Assembly (NCBI RefSeq): GCF_006345805.1
Contig: NC_042997.1
Location: forward strand, 25,730,001-25,794,000
Length of the DNA: 64,000 bases
Direction: 5' to 3'
Source: Octopus sinensis
Taxonomy: Eukaryota
This document shows positions 63,076 to 64,000 of this stretch, one piece after another. How positions within the stretch are numbered: position 1 is the first letter of the stretch; each line of letters begins with the position of its first letter. The position numbers and the translations under genes are program-made. The notes below the pieces were generated by a model. The model was given only the letters and a program-made list of their open reading frames with translations, did no database searches and was not told the origin of the DNA.

Positions 63076-64000
63076 CCATCATATGACCTTGTAAAACGCT
63101 GGCATTGTGAATTCAAACATAGTCGGAACTCTGTGGAAACAGCTCCCACATAGTCGGAACTCTGTGGAAACAGCTCCCAGATCTGGTCGCCCCCTTCTGC
63201 CGTTGATGAGACGTCTGTCCGTCAAGTTGAGGCTGCCATTTTGGAAGGTCAACGCATAACTATTCGCCAAATAGCCCATAAGGTCAAGATTAGTACCGGG
63301 TCTGTGGAAAATATCATTCATGATCATTTGCATATGCAAAAGGTGTCTGCCAGATGGATTTCCAGGTTGCTCACACCTTTCCAGAAGCAAGAACGCGTTG
63401 AGTGCTCGAGGATGAATTTGGAGATGTGCCAAGAAGATGAGTCAAAATTTTTCAAAAGACTGATCACACGGATTAAACCTGGGTCCATCACTATGATCCA
63501 TAGACCAAAGCCCAGTCAATGCAGTGAAAGGACCGTGACTCACCTCCTCCAAAGAAGGCAAGGGTGCAGCCCTCCGCTGACAAGGTTATGCTCACAGTCT
63601 TCTGGGACCAGGACGGAGTAGTGATGACAGATTTCCTGGCAAAGGGTACCACAATTACAGGAGCCTATAATGCTTCACTTTTGAGGAAATTAAGAGAAGC
63701 TATCAAAATCAAGAGGCGGGGCAAGATCAGCAAAGGCATCCTCCTCCTGCAGGACAACGCTCCGGTCCACAACTCGCGTGTCGCCAGATCAGAAGCACAG
63801 GCGTGCAGCTATGAACTCCTCCTCTTGCACCCTCTGATTTTCACCTCTTCCCAGCCATGAAGTTGATTTTGAAAGGAAAGCGTTTCCCAGATGATGCAGC
63901 CTTGATTTCTGAAGTCACGTCGTGGTTGGAGGACCAAGCTGGGGTCTTCTACAAAAACAGTCTCCAGAGCTGTATCAAACGATGGGAGAAATGCATAACT
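63073..64000 (+). mobile_element. Second copy of the irritans-type mariner, 5'-truncated, runs off the window
   Basis: Highly similar to 16824-17730. 31-bp tandem duplication at 63117-63178; the PYSPDL-coding segment is deleted. Confidence 0.92.

Overview
AT-rich, repeat-saturated animal genomic DNA, most likely from a coleoid cephalopod (Octopus-type). That assignment is inferred from the SINE families and microsatellite load, not from a marker gene. No intact host gene is evident; there are only a few isolated candidate exons (best: 39356-39481, minus strand). The window holds: (i) a near-complete, frameshifted Penelope-like retroelement (RT + GIY-YIG; ~1346-5807, minus) plus truncated relatives; (ii) three tRNA-derived SINE families (here called A, B, C) in about 25 copies, several with clear target-site duplications; (iii) a full-length but dead irritans-type mariner, a second truncated copy, another mariner and a Tc1 element; (iv) decayed LINE fragments (R4/Dong-like, RTE, CR1, L1/Tx1-like) and a Helentron-type non-autonomous element; (v) many simple and compound microsatellites, which explain most of the ORF track. 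The most interesting signal is a set of at least four sequence-unrelated short terminal repeats, each carrying a minimal type-I hammerhead ribozyme fold and ending in (TA)n. One family has a fixed non-canonical core (CUGUUGA-A). Another forms a perfect 130-bp palindrome with two head-to-head ribozyme cores. Separately, SINE family A appears to build multimers at a GGTATT motif present in its own head. All family assignments were made by eye, without database searches.
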